From assembly GCF_009914755.1 (NCBI RefSeq), contig NC_060946.1: a DNA stretch of 64,000 nucleotides. The stretch is one strand, 5' to 3'. The position numbers and the translations under genes are program-made. Source of the stretch: the human T2T-CHM13v2.0 reference genome, Homo sapiens. Positions 1 to 12,900 of the stretch are shown in pieces (position 1 is the stretch's first letter; every line of letters begins with the position of its first letter). The notes below the pieces were generated by a model that was not told the origin of the DNA, did not search any database, and worked only from the letters and a program-made list of their open reading frames with translations.

Positions 1-3000
1 GGAGAGGAGGAGTGTGGAGTGGAGTGGAGTGGACTGGAATGGAATAGAATGGAATGGAATAGAATGGAAATGAATGGAATTAAGTAGAGTGGAGTGGAAC
101 GGAATGGCATGGAATGGAGTGGAGTGGCGTGGAATGGAATGGAATGGAGATGAATGGAAAGAAATCGAATGGAATGGAGACGAGTGCAAAAGAATGGAAT
201 GGAATCAAGTGGAATGGAATGAAGTGGAGTGGAGTGGAATGGAATGGATTGTAATGGAATGGAAAGACATGGAGATGAAAGGAATGGAATGGAATGAAAT
301 GGAATGGAATGGAATCGAATGGAATGCAATAGAACGGAGTGGATATTAATGGAAGGGAATGGCATGGAATGGAGTGGAATCGAGTGAAGTGGTGTGGAAT
401 AGAATGGAAAGGAATGGAGGGGAATGACATGGAATGGAATGGAATAGAGTGGAGTGGAACAGAAGGGAGAGGAGAGGAGTGGAAAGGAGTGCACTGGAAA
501 GGAGAGGATGGGAATGGAATGGAAATAAATGCAATGGAACGGAGTGGAACGGAATGGAAAGAATGGAATGGAATGGAATGGACAGTAGTGGAGTGGAGTG
601 GATTGGAGTTGAGTGGACTGGAATGTAATAGAATGGAATGGAAAGGAAAGGAATTGAATGGAATGCAGTGGTTTGTTGTAGAATGGAATGGAATGTAACA
701 GTGAGGAATGTAGTAGAGTGAGGTAGAATGGAAAGGAAGGGGGTGGAAATTATAAAATTGGAATGGAATGGAATGGAATGTATTGGAATGGAATGGAACA
801 GGGTGGAATGGGATGGAATGGACTTGAGGGGAATGGAATGGAATGGATGTGAATGGAATGCAATGGACAGGAGGGGAGAGGAACGGAGTGGAGAGGAGTG
901 GAATGGAAAGAAATGGAATGCAATGGAGTGGAATAGAATGGAGTGGAATGTTGAGGAGTTGAGTGGAATGGAATGAAATGTAGTGAAATGGAATGGAATG
1001 GAGAGAAATGGAATCGAATGGAATGGAATAGAATGGGATGGAAAGGAATGGAATTGTGTGGAGTGCAGTGGAATGGAATAGATTGGAGTGGAATGCAGTG
1101 CATTTGAATGGAATGGAATGGAGTGCAATTTGATGTACTGGAGTGGAGAGAAGCGGAGTGGAGTGGAGTGAAGTGGAATGCAATGGAATGCAATGGAATT
1201 GCATGCGATGGAATGGAGTGGAGTGCAGTGGAATGGAAAGGAATGGATTGGAATTGAGTGGAATGGAATGGAGTGTTATAGAAAGGAGTGGAATGGAGTT
1301 GAGTGGAATGTAATCTAATGGAATGGAAAGAAATGGAGTGGAATGGGGTGCATTGGAGTGGAATGGAATGGAATGGAGTGAAATGAAGATCAATGGAATG
1401 GAATGGAGTGGATTGGAGAGGAGAGGAGTGGAATGGAACGGAATGGAATGGAATAAAGTGGAATAAAATGGAGTGGAGTGGAGTGGAATGGAGAGGAGTG
1501 GAATGGAATGCAATGGAATGGAATGCCATGGAATGGAATTTAGTGGAGTGGAGTTGAGTGGAATGGAATGGAATGCATTGTAGTACAATGGAATAGAGTA
1601 GATTGGGATGGAATGGAATGGAGTGGAATGGAGTGGATTGGAGTGGAATGGAATGGAATTGATTGGAACAGAATGGAATGGAGTAGAGAGGAGAGGAGTG
1701 GAATGGAATTGAGTTGAAAGAAGTGAAGTGGAATGGAGTGGAATGGAGTGGATTGGAATGGAAAAGATTGGATTGCAATGGAATTTAATGGAATGAAATT
1801 GAATGGATTGGAATGGTATTAAATGCAATGGAATGGAATAGAATCGAGTGGAGTGGAGTGGAATGTAATGTCATGGAGTGGAGCAGAGAGGAGAGGAATG
1901 GAGTGTAATACAGTGGCATGGAGTGGAATGGGATGGAGTGTAGTGGAATTCAATGGAGCCGAATGGAATGGAATGGAATGGAATGGATTGAAGTGGGATG
2001 GAATGGATTGTTGTGGAGTGCAGTGGAATGGAAGGTACTGGATTATAGTGAAATGTATTGGAATGGAATTGAGTTGAATGGAATGGAATAGAATGGAGTG
2101 GATGGGAATGGAGTGCAATGGAAAGAAATGGAATGGAGTGGAATGGAGTGGCATGGAATGAAATGGAATGGAATGGAATGGAAAGGAATGGAATAGAATG
2201 CAATGGAATGGAAGGGAAAGGAATAGAATGGAATGGAGCGGAATGGAATGGAATGGAGTGGAATGCAATGGAATGGAATGGAATGGAATGGAGTGGAATG
2301 GAAAGTAATGGAATGGAATTGAATGGTATGGAATGGGGAGGATTGTTGCGGAATGGAATCGAGTGGAGTGAAATGGAATTTAATGGAATGCAATGGAATG
2401 GAATGTAGTAGGGTTGAGTGGAGTGGAATGGAATGGAAAGGAAGGGAATGGAGTGGAATGGAATAGAGTGCAATGGAATGGAGTCGAATGGAATGGAGTG
2501 AAATGGAATGGAAAGGAATGGAATGGAATTGAGTGGAGTGGAGTAGAGTGGAATGGAATAGAGTGGAATGAAGTGGAGTGGAATTGAGTTGAGGAGAATG
2601 GAATGGAGAGGAGTGGAATGGCATGAATTGGAATGGAATGCTGTGGAATGGAATGGAGTGGTGTGGAGAGGAGTTGAGTTGAATGGAAAGGAATGGAGAG
2701 TTATGGAATGGAAAGGTGTGGAGTGGAGTGGAGTCGTGTGGAATGGAATTGAATGGAGTTGAGGGGAATGGAATGAAAAGGAATAGAATGGCATGGAAAG
2801 GATTGGAATGGAATGGAGTGGAATAGAATGGAGTCTAATGGAAGGAAATGTGATGGAGTAGAGTGCAATGGAACGGAATGGAACGGAATGCAAAGGAATG
2901 GAGTAGAGTGGAGTGGAATGGAATGGAATGGAGTGGAATGGAATGGAGTTGAGTGGAGTGGAGAGGAATGGATTCGAATGGAATTGAATGTAACCGAATA

Positions 3001-3870
3001 GAATTGAATGGCATGCAATGAAAGGGAGTGGAATGGAGTGGAAAGGAATATAAAGGAATGGAATTGAATGGGGTGGAATGGAATGCAATGAAATGGAGTG
3101 CAGTGGATTCGAGTGGAATGCTGTGGAATGTAATGGAATGGAGTGCAATGGAATGGAACGGAATGGAGAGGAATGGAATGGAATGGAATGGAATGGAATG
3201 GAATGGAGTGGGGTGGAATGGAAAGTAGTGGAGTGGAATGGAAATGTAAACAATGGAAAAGAATGGAATGCAATCGTATGGAATGGAATGGAATGCAATG
3301 GAATAGAATTAAATGGAACAGACTGGAATGGAATGGAATGGGGAGGAATGTAATGGAATGGAAAGGAAAGTAATAAAATGGGATGGAATGGAATGGAATG
3401 GGATGGCGAGGAGTCGAGTGGGATCCAATGGAGTAAAGTGGAAAGGAATGGAATGCAATGGAAGTAACGGAATGAAATGGAATGGAAAGGAATACAATGG
3501 AATGGAATGGAATGGAATGGAATGGAATTGAATGAAATAGGGTGGAATGGAGTAGAAAGGAATGGAATGGAATGGAATAGTGTGGAATGTATAGGAGTGG
3601 AATGGAATGTAGTGAAATGGAATAGAGAGAAGAGAAGTGGAATGGAATGGAATGGAATAGAATGGGATGGAAAGGAATGGAACAAAATGGAGTGGAGGGG
3701 AGTATAGTGGAGTGGAATGGAGTGGAATGGAGTGGAATGAAATGGTGTGGAATGGAGTGGAGTGGACTTGATTTCAATGGAATGCAGTGCAATGGTATGG
3801 AATGGAATAGAGTGGAGTAGAGGGGAATGCAATGGAATGGAGTTGAGTGGAGAGGAACCGAGTAGAGTGG

Positions 3871-3920
3871 AGTAGAGTGGAGTGCATTGGAGTGGAGTAG
3901 AGTGGAGTGCATTGGAGTGG
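3871..3920 (+). repeat. Perfect 25-bp tandem duplication (AGTAGAGTGGAGTGCATTGGAGTGG x2)
   Basis: 3871-3895 is identical to 3896-3920. Confidence 0.9.
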
Positions 3921-4740
3921 AGTATAATGGAATGGAATGGAATGGAGTAGAGTGGAATGGAAAGGAGTGGAATGGAATGTAGTTGAATTGAATTTAGAGG
4001 AGAGGAGTGGATTGGAATGGATTTGAATGGAGTGGAGTGGAATGGAACGGAATGGAGTGGAGTGGAGTGGAATGGAATGGAATGGAACAGAATGAAATGG
4101 AATGAAATGGCGTGCAGTGGAAAGCAGTAGAATGGATTGGACTGGATTAGAATGTAATGTAAGCGATGGGAATGGTATTCAATGCGTTTGAAAGGAATGG
4201 AATGGAGTGGAATGAATTGGAAAGGAATTTCGTGGAATGTAATGTAATGTAAATTAATGGAATGGAATGGAATGCAATGGAATGGAATGCAGTGGAGTGG
4301 AATAGAGTGGAATGGAATTGAACGGAATGGAAGCGAAAGTAATTGAATGGTATGGAGTGGATTGAATTGGAATGGAATGGAATGGAATGGAATGGAATGG
4401 CGTGGAATGAAGTGGAGTGCAGTGGAATGAAATGGAGTGGAGTCGAATGGCATGGAATGGAATGAAATGGAATGGAATGGAATGAAAAAGAATGGAATGG
4501 ATTTGAATGCAGTGGAGTGGAGTGGAATGGAAAGTAATGGAATGGAATGGAATGGAATGGAATGGAAATGGAATGGAATGGAATGGAATGAAATGGAAAT
4601 GGAATGGAATGGAAAGGAGTGGAGTGGAACGAAGTTGAGTGGAATAGATCCGAAAGGAATGGAGATGAATGGAATGGAATTAAATGGAATGGAGTCGAAT
4701 GGAAATGAATGGAATGTATTCGAGTGGAATGGAAATGAAT

Positions 4741-4860
4741 GGAATGGAATGAAGTTGAAGTGAGGGGAGTGGAGAGGAGTGTAGTGGAATGCAATCGAAT
4801 GGAATGGAATGAATTTCAGGTGAAGGGAGTGGAGAGGAGTGTAGTGGAATGCAATCGAAT
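4741..4860 (+). repeat. 60-bp tandem duplication
   Basis: 4741-4800 and 4801-4860 both end in GGGAGTGGAGAGGAGTGTAGTGGAATGCAATCGAAT and differ at only a few positions in their first half. Confidence 0.9.
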
Positions 4861-7800
4861 GGAATTGAAGGGAATGGATTGGAGGGGAGTGGAATGGAAT
4901 GAAATGGAATGGAGACGTATGGAATGGAATGAAATGGAATGGATTCGAGTGGAAAGGAATAGAATGGATTCGAGTGGAATGGAATGGAATGGAGTCGAGT
5001 GGAGTGGAGTGGAGAGGAGTGGAATGGAATGTTATGAAATGGATTTGAATGGAGAGGAGGGATGAGGAGTGGAGTGGAGTGGAGTGGAATGTAATGTAAA
5101 GGAATGGAATGGCATGGAATGAAATGGAATTGTGTAGAGTGGAGTTGAAAGGAATGGAATGGAATGGAATGGAAAGGAAGATGGATGGAACGGAATGAAA
5201 TGCAATGGAGTCGAGTGGAAAAGAATGGAATGGATTCAAGTAGAATTGAATGTAGTGGAGTGGAGTGGAATGGAACGGACTGTAGTGGAATGGAATGGCA
5301 TGGGAAAGAATGGAATGGAATAGAATGCAGTCAAATGGTATTGAATGGAGTGGAATTTAGTGGAACGAAATTGAATGGAATGGAATCGAATGGAATGCAA
5401 TACAATGGAGTGGATATTAATGTAATTGAATGGCATGGAATGGAGTGGAATGGATTGGAATGGGTTAGAATAGACTGGAAAGTAATGGAGTGGGATGTCA
5501 TGGAATGGAATGGAAACGAATGGAAGGGAATGGAGAGGAGGGGAAAGGAGAGGACTGGAGTCGAGAGGATTGTAATGTAATGGAATTAAAAGGAATAGAA
5601 TTGAGTGGAATGGAATGGAGTGGAATGGAATGGATTTGAACGGAATATAATGGAAAGAAGTGGAGTGGAAAGGAATGGAATGGAATGGAATGTACAGGAG
5701 GGGATTGGAGTGGAGTGGAGAGGATTGGAATGGAATGGAATGGAATGGAATGCAGCGGAGCAGTGTGGAATAGAATGGAGTGTAACGGTGTTGAACGGAG
5801 TGGAGTGGGGTGGAATGGAAAGGATGGGAGTGGAAATAAAAGACATGGAATGGAATGGAATGGAAGGGAATGGAATGGAATGGCGTAGAGTGTTGTAGAA
5901 TAGAATGGAATGGAATGGAAAGGAGTGGAGTGCAGTGGAGTGGAACGGAATGAAATGGAATGGAGATGAATGGAATTTACTGAAATGGAATGGAGTCGAG
6001 TGGAAATTAATGGAATGGATTCAAGAGGAATGGAATGTATTGGAGTGGATTGGAATGGAATGGATTGTAGTAGAATGGAATAGAATGGAGAAGAAAGGAA
6101 TGGAATGGAATGCGGTGGAATGGAAAGGAATGGAGTGGAATAGAGTGAAATGACACGGAGTGGAATGGAATCGAATGGAATGGAATAGAATGGAGTGGTT
6201 TTCATCAGAACGGAATTGCATGGAATGCAGTACAATGGAATGGAGTGGGGTGGAATAAAATTGAACAGAGTGGAGTGGAATGGCATGGATTGGAATGGAA
6301 TGGAAACGAAGGGAATTGAATGGAATGGCATGCAAAGAAAGGGAGTGGAATGGAGTGGAATGGAATGTAAAGGAATGGAATTGAATGTAGTGGAATGGAA
6401 TGCATTGAAATGGAGTGCAGTGCATTCGAGTGGAGTGCTGTGGAATGTAATGGAATGGAGTGCAGTGGAATGGAATGGAATGGAATGTAACGGAATGGAG
6501 TGGAATGGAATGGAATGGAGTTGGGTGGAATGGAATGTCTTGCAGTTGAATGGAATGATAAGCAATGGAATGAAATAGAATGCAATCAAAAGGAATGGAA
6601 TGGAATGCAATGGAATAGAATTTAATGGAACAGAGTGTAATTAAAGGAATGGAGAGGAATGTAATGTAATGGAATGGAAAGGAATAGAATGGAATGGATA
6701 GGAATGGAAAGGGATGGTGAAGAGTCGAGTGGAATCCAATGTAGTGAAGTGGAATGGAATGGAATGCAACGGAAGTAATGGAATGGAATGGAAAGGAATA
6801 GAATGGAATGGAATGGAATAGTGTGGACTGGAGTAGAAAGGAATGGAATGGAACGGAATGGAATGGTGTGGAATGTAGAGGAGTGGAGTGGAATGGAATG
6901 GAATGTAGTGAAATGAAACACAGTAGAGAGAAATGGAATGGAATGGAATGGGATGGAAAGGAATGACATAGAATAGAGTGGACGGGAGTGTAGTATAGTG
7001 GAGTGGAGTGGAATGGAGTGGAATGAAATGGTGTGGAATTGAGTGGAATGGACTGGATTTCAGTGGAATTGATTGGATTGGAATGGAGTGCAATGGAATG
7101 GAATGGAATGAAATAGAGTGTAGTGGAGTGGAATGGAATGGAATGGAGAAGATTGGAGAGGAACCGAGTGGAGTGTAGTAGAGTGGAGTTAAGTGGAGTG
7201 GAGTAGAATGGAATGGAATGGAATGGAATGGAATGGAATGGAATGGAATGGAATGGAATGGAGTGGAATGGAATTTAGTGGAGTGGAGTGGAATGGAATG
7301 GATTTGAATGGAGTGGAGTGGAATGGAATGGAATGGAGTGGAGTGGAATGGAATGGAATGGAATGGAATGGCATGCAGTGGAATGGAGTGGAATGGATTG
7401 GACTGGATTGGTATGTAATGTAATGGACTGGAATGTTATCGAATGCATTTGATTGGAATGGAATGGATTGGAATGAATTGGAAAGGAATTTGGTGGAATG
7501 GAATGCAATGGAATGGAATGGAATGGAATGGAATGCAATGGAACGGAATGCAATGGAATGGAGTGGAATAGAGAGGAATGGAATTGAATGGAAGGGAATC
7601 AAAAGGAATGGAATGGTATGGAGTGGATTGAAATGGAATGGGATGGAATGGAATGGAATGGAGTGCAATGAAGGGGAGTGCAGTGGAACGGAAAGGAGTG
7701 GAGTCGAATGGCTTGAATTGGAACGAAATGGAAAGGAATAGAATGCAATGGAACGGAATGAATTTGAATGGAGTGGAGTGGAGTGGAATGTAATGTAATG

Positions 7801-9782
7801 GAATGGAATGGAATGAAATGGAAATGGAATGGAATGGAATGGAATGCAGTGGAATGGAATGGAGTTGAGTGGAATAGATTTGAAAGGAATGGAGATGAAT
7901 GTAATGGAATTAAATGGAATGGAGTCTACAGGAAAAGCATGGAATGGATCTGAGTGGAATGGAAATGAATGGAATGGAATGAATAGGAGACGATGGGAGT
8001 GGAGAGGAGTGCAGTGGGATGGAATCGAATGGAATGTTAGGGAATGGATTGGAGAGGAGTGGAATGGAATGGAATGGAATGGAGATGTATGGAATGGAAT
8101 GAAATGAAATGGAGTGGAGTGGAAAGGAATAGAATGGTTTCGAGTGGAATGGAATTGAATGGAATAGAGTGGAAGGGAGTGGAGTGGAGTGGAGTGGAAT
8201 GGAATGCTATGAAATGCAATGGAATGGAGAGGATGGGTGAGGAGTGGAGTGGAGTGGAGTGGAATGGAATGTAAAGGAATGGAATGGAACGGAATGAAAT
8301 GGAAATGTGTGGAATAGAGTGGAATGGAACGGAATGGAATGGAATGGAATGGAGATGAATGGAATGGAATGAAATGGAATGGAGTCGAGTGGAAAAGAAT
8401 AGAATGGATTCAAGTGGAATTGAACTTGGGGAGTGGAGTGGAATGGAATGGATTGTTGTTTAATGGAATGGATTTTAGTGGAATGGAATGGATTTTAATG
8501 GAATGGAATGGCATGGGAAGGAATGGAATTGAATGGAATGGAATGCAGTCAAATGTTAATGAATGGAGTAGAATTTAGTGGTATGAAATTGAATAGAATG
8601 GCATCGAATGGAATGGAATAGAATGGAGTGGTTATTAATGGAAGTGAATGGCATGGAATGGAGTGGAATGGATTGGAGTGGGGTGAAATAGAATGGAATG
8701 TAATGGAGTGTGATGGCATGGAATGGAATGGAAACGAATGGTACGGAATGGAGAGGAGGGGAAAGGAGTGGACTGGAGTGGAGAGGATTGTAATAAAATG
8801 GAAGTAAAACGACTGGAATGGAGTGGAAAGGAGTGGAATGGAATGGACTTGAAAGGAATGGAATGGAAATAAGTGGAGAGGAATGGAAGGGAATGGAATG
8901 GAATGTACAGGAGGGGATTGGAGTGGAGTGGAGAGGAATGGAATGGAATGGAATGAAATGGAGTGGTGTGGAATGGAATGGAATGTAACTCTGTGGAAAG
9001 CAGTGAAGTGGGGTGGAATGGAATGGATGGGAATGGAAATAAAAGGAATGGAATGGAATACAAGGGAATGGAATGGAATGGAATGGCGTAGAGAGTTGTG
9101 GAATGGAATGGAATGGATGGGAGTGGAAAAAAAGGAGTGGAATGGAACGGAAGGGAATGGAAAGGAATGGCGTAGAGTGCTGTGGAATGGAATGGAATGA
9201 AATGGAATGGAATGGAATGGAGTGGAGGGCAGTGGAGTGGAATAGAATGCAATGGAATGGAGATGAATGTAATGGAATGAAATGGAATGGAGTCGAGTGG
9301 AAAGGACTGGAATGGATTCAAGTGGAAAGGAATGCAGTGGAATGGAATGGATTTTAGTGGAATAGAATGGCATTAAGAGTAATGGAATGGAATGGAATGC
9401 GGTGGAAAGGAAAGGAATGGAGTGGAATGGAGTGGAATGAAACAGAATGGAATGGAATCGAATGCAATGGAAGTGAATGCAGTAGTTTTTATCAGAATGG
9501 TATGGCATGGAATGAGTGCAATGGAGAGGCGTGGGGTGGAATAGAATGGAATCCAGTGGAGTGGAATGGCAAGGAATAGAAAGGAATGGAATGGAAGGGA
9601 ATGGACTGGAGTGGAAAGGAGTGGACTGGAGTGGAGAGGATTGGAATGGAAAGGAATTAAGTGGAATGGAATGGAGTGGAATGGAATGGAGTGGAACAGA
9701 ATGGAATGGAATGAGGTGGAGTGGATAGGAATGGAATGGAGAGGAAAGGAAAGGAATGGAATTCAATGGAATGGAATGGAAT

Positions 9783-9900
9783 GGAGAGGAGGGGAGTGGA
9801 GTGGATTGGAGTGGAATGGATTGTAACTGAATGGAGTGGAATGGAATGGAGAGGAGGGGAGTGGAGTGGATTAGAGTGGAATGGATTGTAACGGAATGGA
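9783..9900 (+). repeat. 65-bp tandem duplication
   Basis: GGAGAGGAGGGGAGTGGAGTGGATT(G/A)GAGTGGAATGGATTGTAAC occurs at 9783 and 9848. Confidence 0.85.
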
Positions 9901-12900
9901 ATGGAATGGAATGATATGGAATGGAATGCAATAGAGTGGTGTGGAATAGAATGAAATGTAACAGTGTGGAATGGAGTGGAGTGAGGTGGAATGGAAAGAA
10001 AGGGAGAGGAAATTATAAGAATGGAAGGGAATGGAATGGAACAGAGGGGAATGGGAAATGGAATGAAATGGAATGGAATGGAATGGAATGGAAGGGAATG
10101 GAACATAATGGAGTGGAGGGGAGTGGAATGGAGTGGAGAGGAGCAGAATGGAAAGGAATGGAATAGAATGGAATGCAATGGAATGGAATGGAAGGGAATG
10201 GAATGGAGTGGAATGAAGAGGAGTGGAGTGGAATGGAATGGAATGCAGTGAAAAGGAATGGAATGGAGAGAAATGTTATATAATGGATTGGAATGGAATA
10301 GAATGGGATGGAAGAGAATGGAATGGAATGGAGTGGAATGGGGTGGAATGGAATGGATTGGACTGGAAGGCAATGGATTTGAATGAAATGGAATGGAAGG
10401 GAATGGAGTGAATTGGAATGTAAGTGAGTGGATAGGAGGTCAGTGGAGGGGACTGGAACGGAATGGAATTGACAATGGAATGGAATGAAACGGAATGGAG
10501 TGGAGTGCAGTGGAATGGAATGGAATGGAATGGAATGGAATGGAATGGATTGGAACTGAATGGAAAGGAATGGAATGGTATGGAAAGTAGTGGAATAGAG
10601 TTGAGTGCAATGGAATTGAAGTGAATGGAATGGAGTGGAGTGCATTGGAGTGGAATGGAAAGGAATGGAGTGGAATGGCGTGGAATGGAATGGAATGGAG
10701 GGCAGTGGAATGGAATGGAATGGAATAAAGAGGAATGGAATGGAGTGGAGTGGAGTGGAATGTAGTGGAGTGGAATGGCATGGAATGGAAAGAAATGCAA
10801 TGGAATGTAATGGAGAGGAGTGGAGTGGGGTGTAGTGGAATGGAATGGAATAGAACGGAATGGATTGGAATACAATTGAATGGAGTATATTGGAATGGAA
10901 TGGAGAGAAATGGAGAGGAGTGGAATGTAATGCAGTGGAATTGAATTGAGTGGAATGCAATGGAATGGAATGTAGTAGAGTGGAATGGAATGGAATGGAG
11001 TGGAGGGGAATCAAATTGAGTGGACTGGAATGGAATGGAATGCAATGGAATGTAGTGGAGTGGAGGGGAATGGAAGGGAATGGAGTGGAATGTTGTGTGG
11101 TGGAATGGAGTGCAATGCAATGTGGTGGAAAGGAATGGATTGGAGTGGAATGGAGTGGAATAGAATGCAGTGGAAAGGAATGGAGTGGAATGGAATAAAG
11201 TGTAATGGATTGGAGTGCAGTGGAAAGGAATTGAGTGGAATTAAGGGGAATTAATTAATGGAGTGGAGTGGAGTGGAATGTAATGTATTGGAGTGGAGTG
11301 GAGAGTATTGGAGTGGAATACAGAGAAATGGAATGGAATGGAATGAAGGGGATTGGAATGGAATGGAGTGGAATGGAATAGAGTAGAATGGAAGGGAAGG
11401 GAATGCAATGGTGTGGATTGGAGTGGAATGGAGTGGAATTGAATGGAACGGAGTGGAGTAGAATGGAATGGAATGGAATGGAATGGAATGGAATGGAATG
11501 GAATACAATGAAACAGAATAGAATGGAGTGGAGTGGAATGGAATAGAGTGGAGAGGAATGGAATGGAATGGAGAGGAGGGGATGGGAGTGGTGTAGAATA
11601 TACTGGAATGGAAAGGAATGGAATTCTATAGAATGGCATGGATTGGAGTGCAATGTAATGGAATGTAATGCAGTGCTATGGAGTGGAGTCAAGTGAAATG
11701 GAATGGAATGGAGTTTTTGGAATGGAATGGAGTGGATTGTAACGGAGTGAAGTGGAATGGAATGGAATTTAATGGAATGCAATGCAATGGAATGGAATGT
11801 AGTCGAGTGGATCGGAGTGGAGTGGAGTGGAATGGAATTGAATGGAATGGAATGGAATGGAATGTGGTGGAGAGGAGTGGAGTGGAGTGGTTTGGAAAGG
11901 AATGGAAGGGAATGGAGTTGAGTGCAATGGAATGGAGTCGAATAGAAGGGAGTGCAATGGAATGAAATGTAATGGAATTGAGTGGAGTCGAATGGAATGC
12001 TATGGAACGGAGTTGAGTGGAATGGAGCGTAAAGGAATGGAATGGAGAGGAGTGGAGTGAAGTGGAATGGAATGGAGTGGAATGGAGTGGAATAGAATGG
12101 AATGGAATGTAGTGCAGTGTAGAGGAGTGGAGTGGAGTGGATTGGAGTGGAATGGAGTGGAAATGAATGGAATCAATTGGAGTGCAAAGGAGAGGAGAGG
12201 AGTGGAATAGAATGGAGTGGAGTGGAATGGACTGGAGCGGAAAGGAATTGGGTGGAATGGAGAGGAGTGGAACACAATGGAACGGAATCAAATGAAGTGG
12301 AATGCAATGGAGTTGAATAGAGTGTAGTGGAATGAAATGGAATGGAATGGAATGGAGTGCAGTGGAATGGAGAGGAATGGAGTGGAATGGAATGGAATAA
12401 AATAGAAAGGAATGGAATGGATTGGAATGGAATGGAATAAAATGGAAAGGAATAGAATGGAATGGAATGGATTGCAACGGCATTGAAAGGAGTGGAGTGG
12501 AGTGGAATGGAGTGGAATGGAATGGAATGGAATGGAATGGATTGGAATGGAATAGAATAGAATGGAGAGGAAAGGAATGGAATGGAATGGAAGGGAGGGT
12601 AGTGGAGTTTAGTGGAATGTTATAGATTTGAGTAGAATGGATTGGAGTGGAATGGAGTGGAATGGAGTGGAGTGGAATGGAACAGAATGGAGGGGAATGG
12701 AATAGAGTGGAATGGAGTTGAATGGAGTGGAGTGAAATGGAGTGGAATGGAAAAGAATGGAGTGGATTGGAACGGATTGGTATTGAATGGAATGGAATGG
12801 ATTGGAGTGGAATGGAATGCAGTGAAATGGAAAGTGGTGGAATTGAATGGAGTGGAGCGGAGTGGAGAGGAGAGGAGTGGACTGTAGTGGAATGGAGTGG

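Larger units (their letters stand above)
2990..9600 (+). repeat. Two diverged tandem copies of a ~3.2-3.3 kb higher-order unit (~2990-6300 and ~6310-9600)
   Basis: Collinear landmark pairs: GCTGTGGAATGTAATGG 3120/6437; GAGTCGAGTGG(G/A)ATCCAATG ~3411/~6722; GAACCGAGT 3855/7161; GGAATAGAT(CC/TT)GAAAGGAATGGAGATGAAT 4641/7871; GAATGCAGTCAAATG 5323/8541; TGTACAGGAGGGGATTGG 5691/8904; TTTT(C/T)ATCAGAA ~6199/~9486. Confidence 0.85.

Noticed and set aside
1871-5239. 1122-aa minus-strand ORF and similar long ORFs (11689-14412, 36243-39500, 55501-58053 and others)
   Set aside because: They are pure HSIPF/HSTPL pentapeptide translations of the satellite. Minus-strand stops need TTA, CTA or TCA on +, which are rare here, so long ORFs arise in all frames at once. 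There is no domain and no frame preference.
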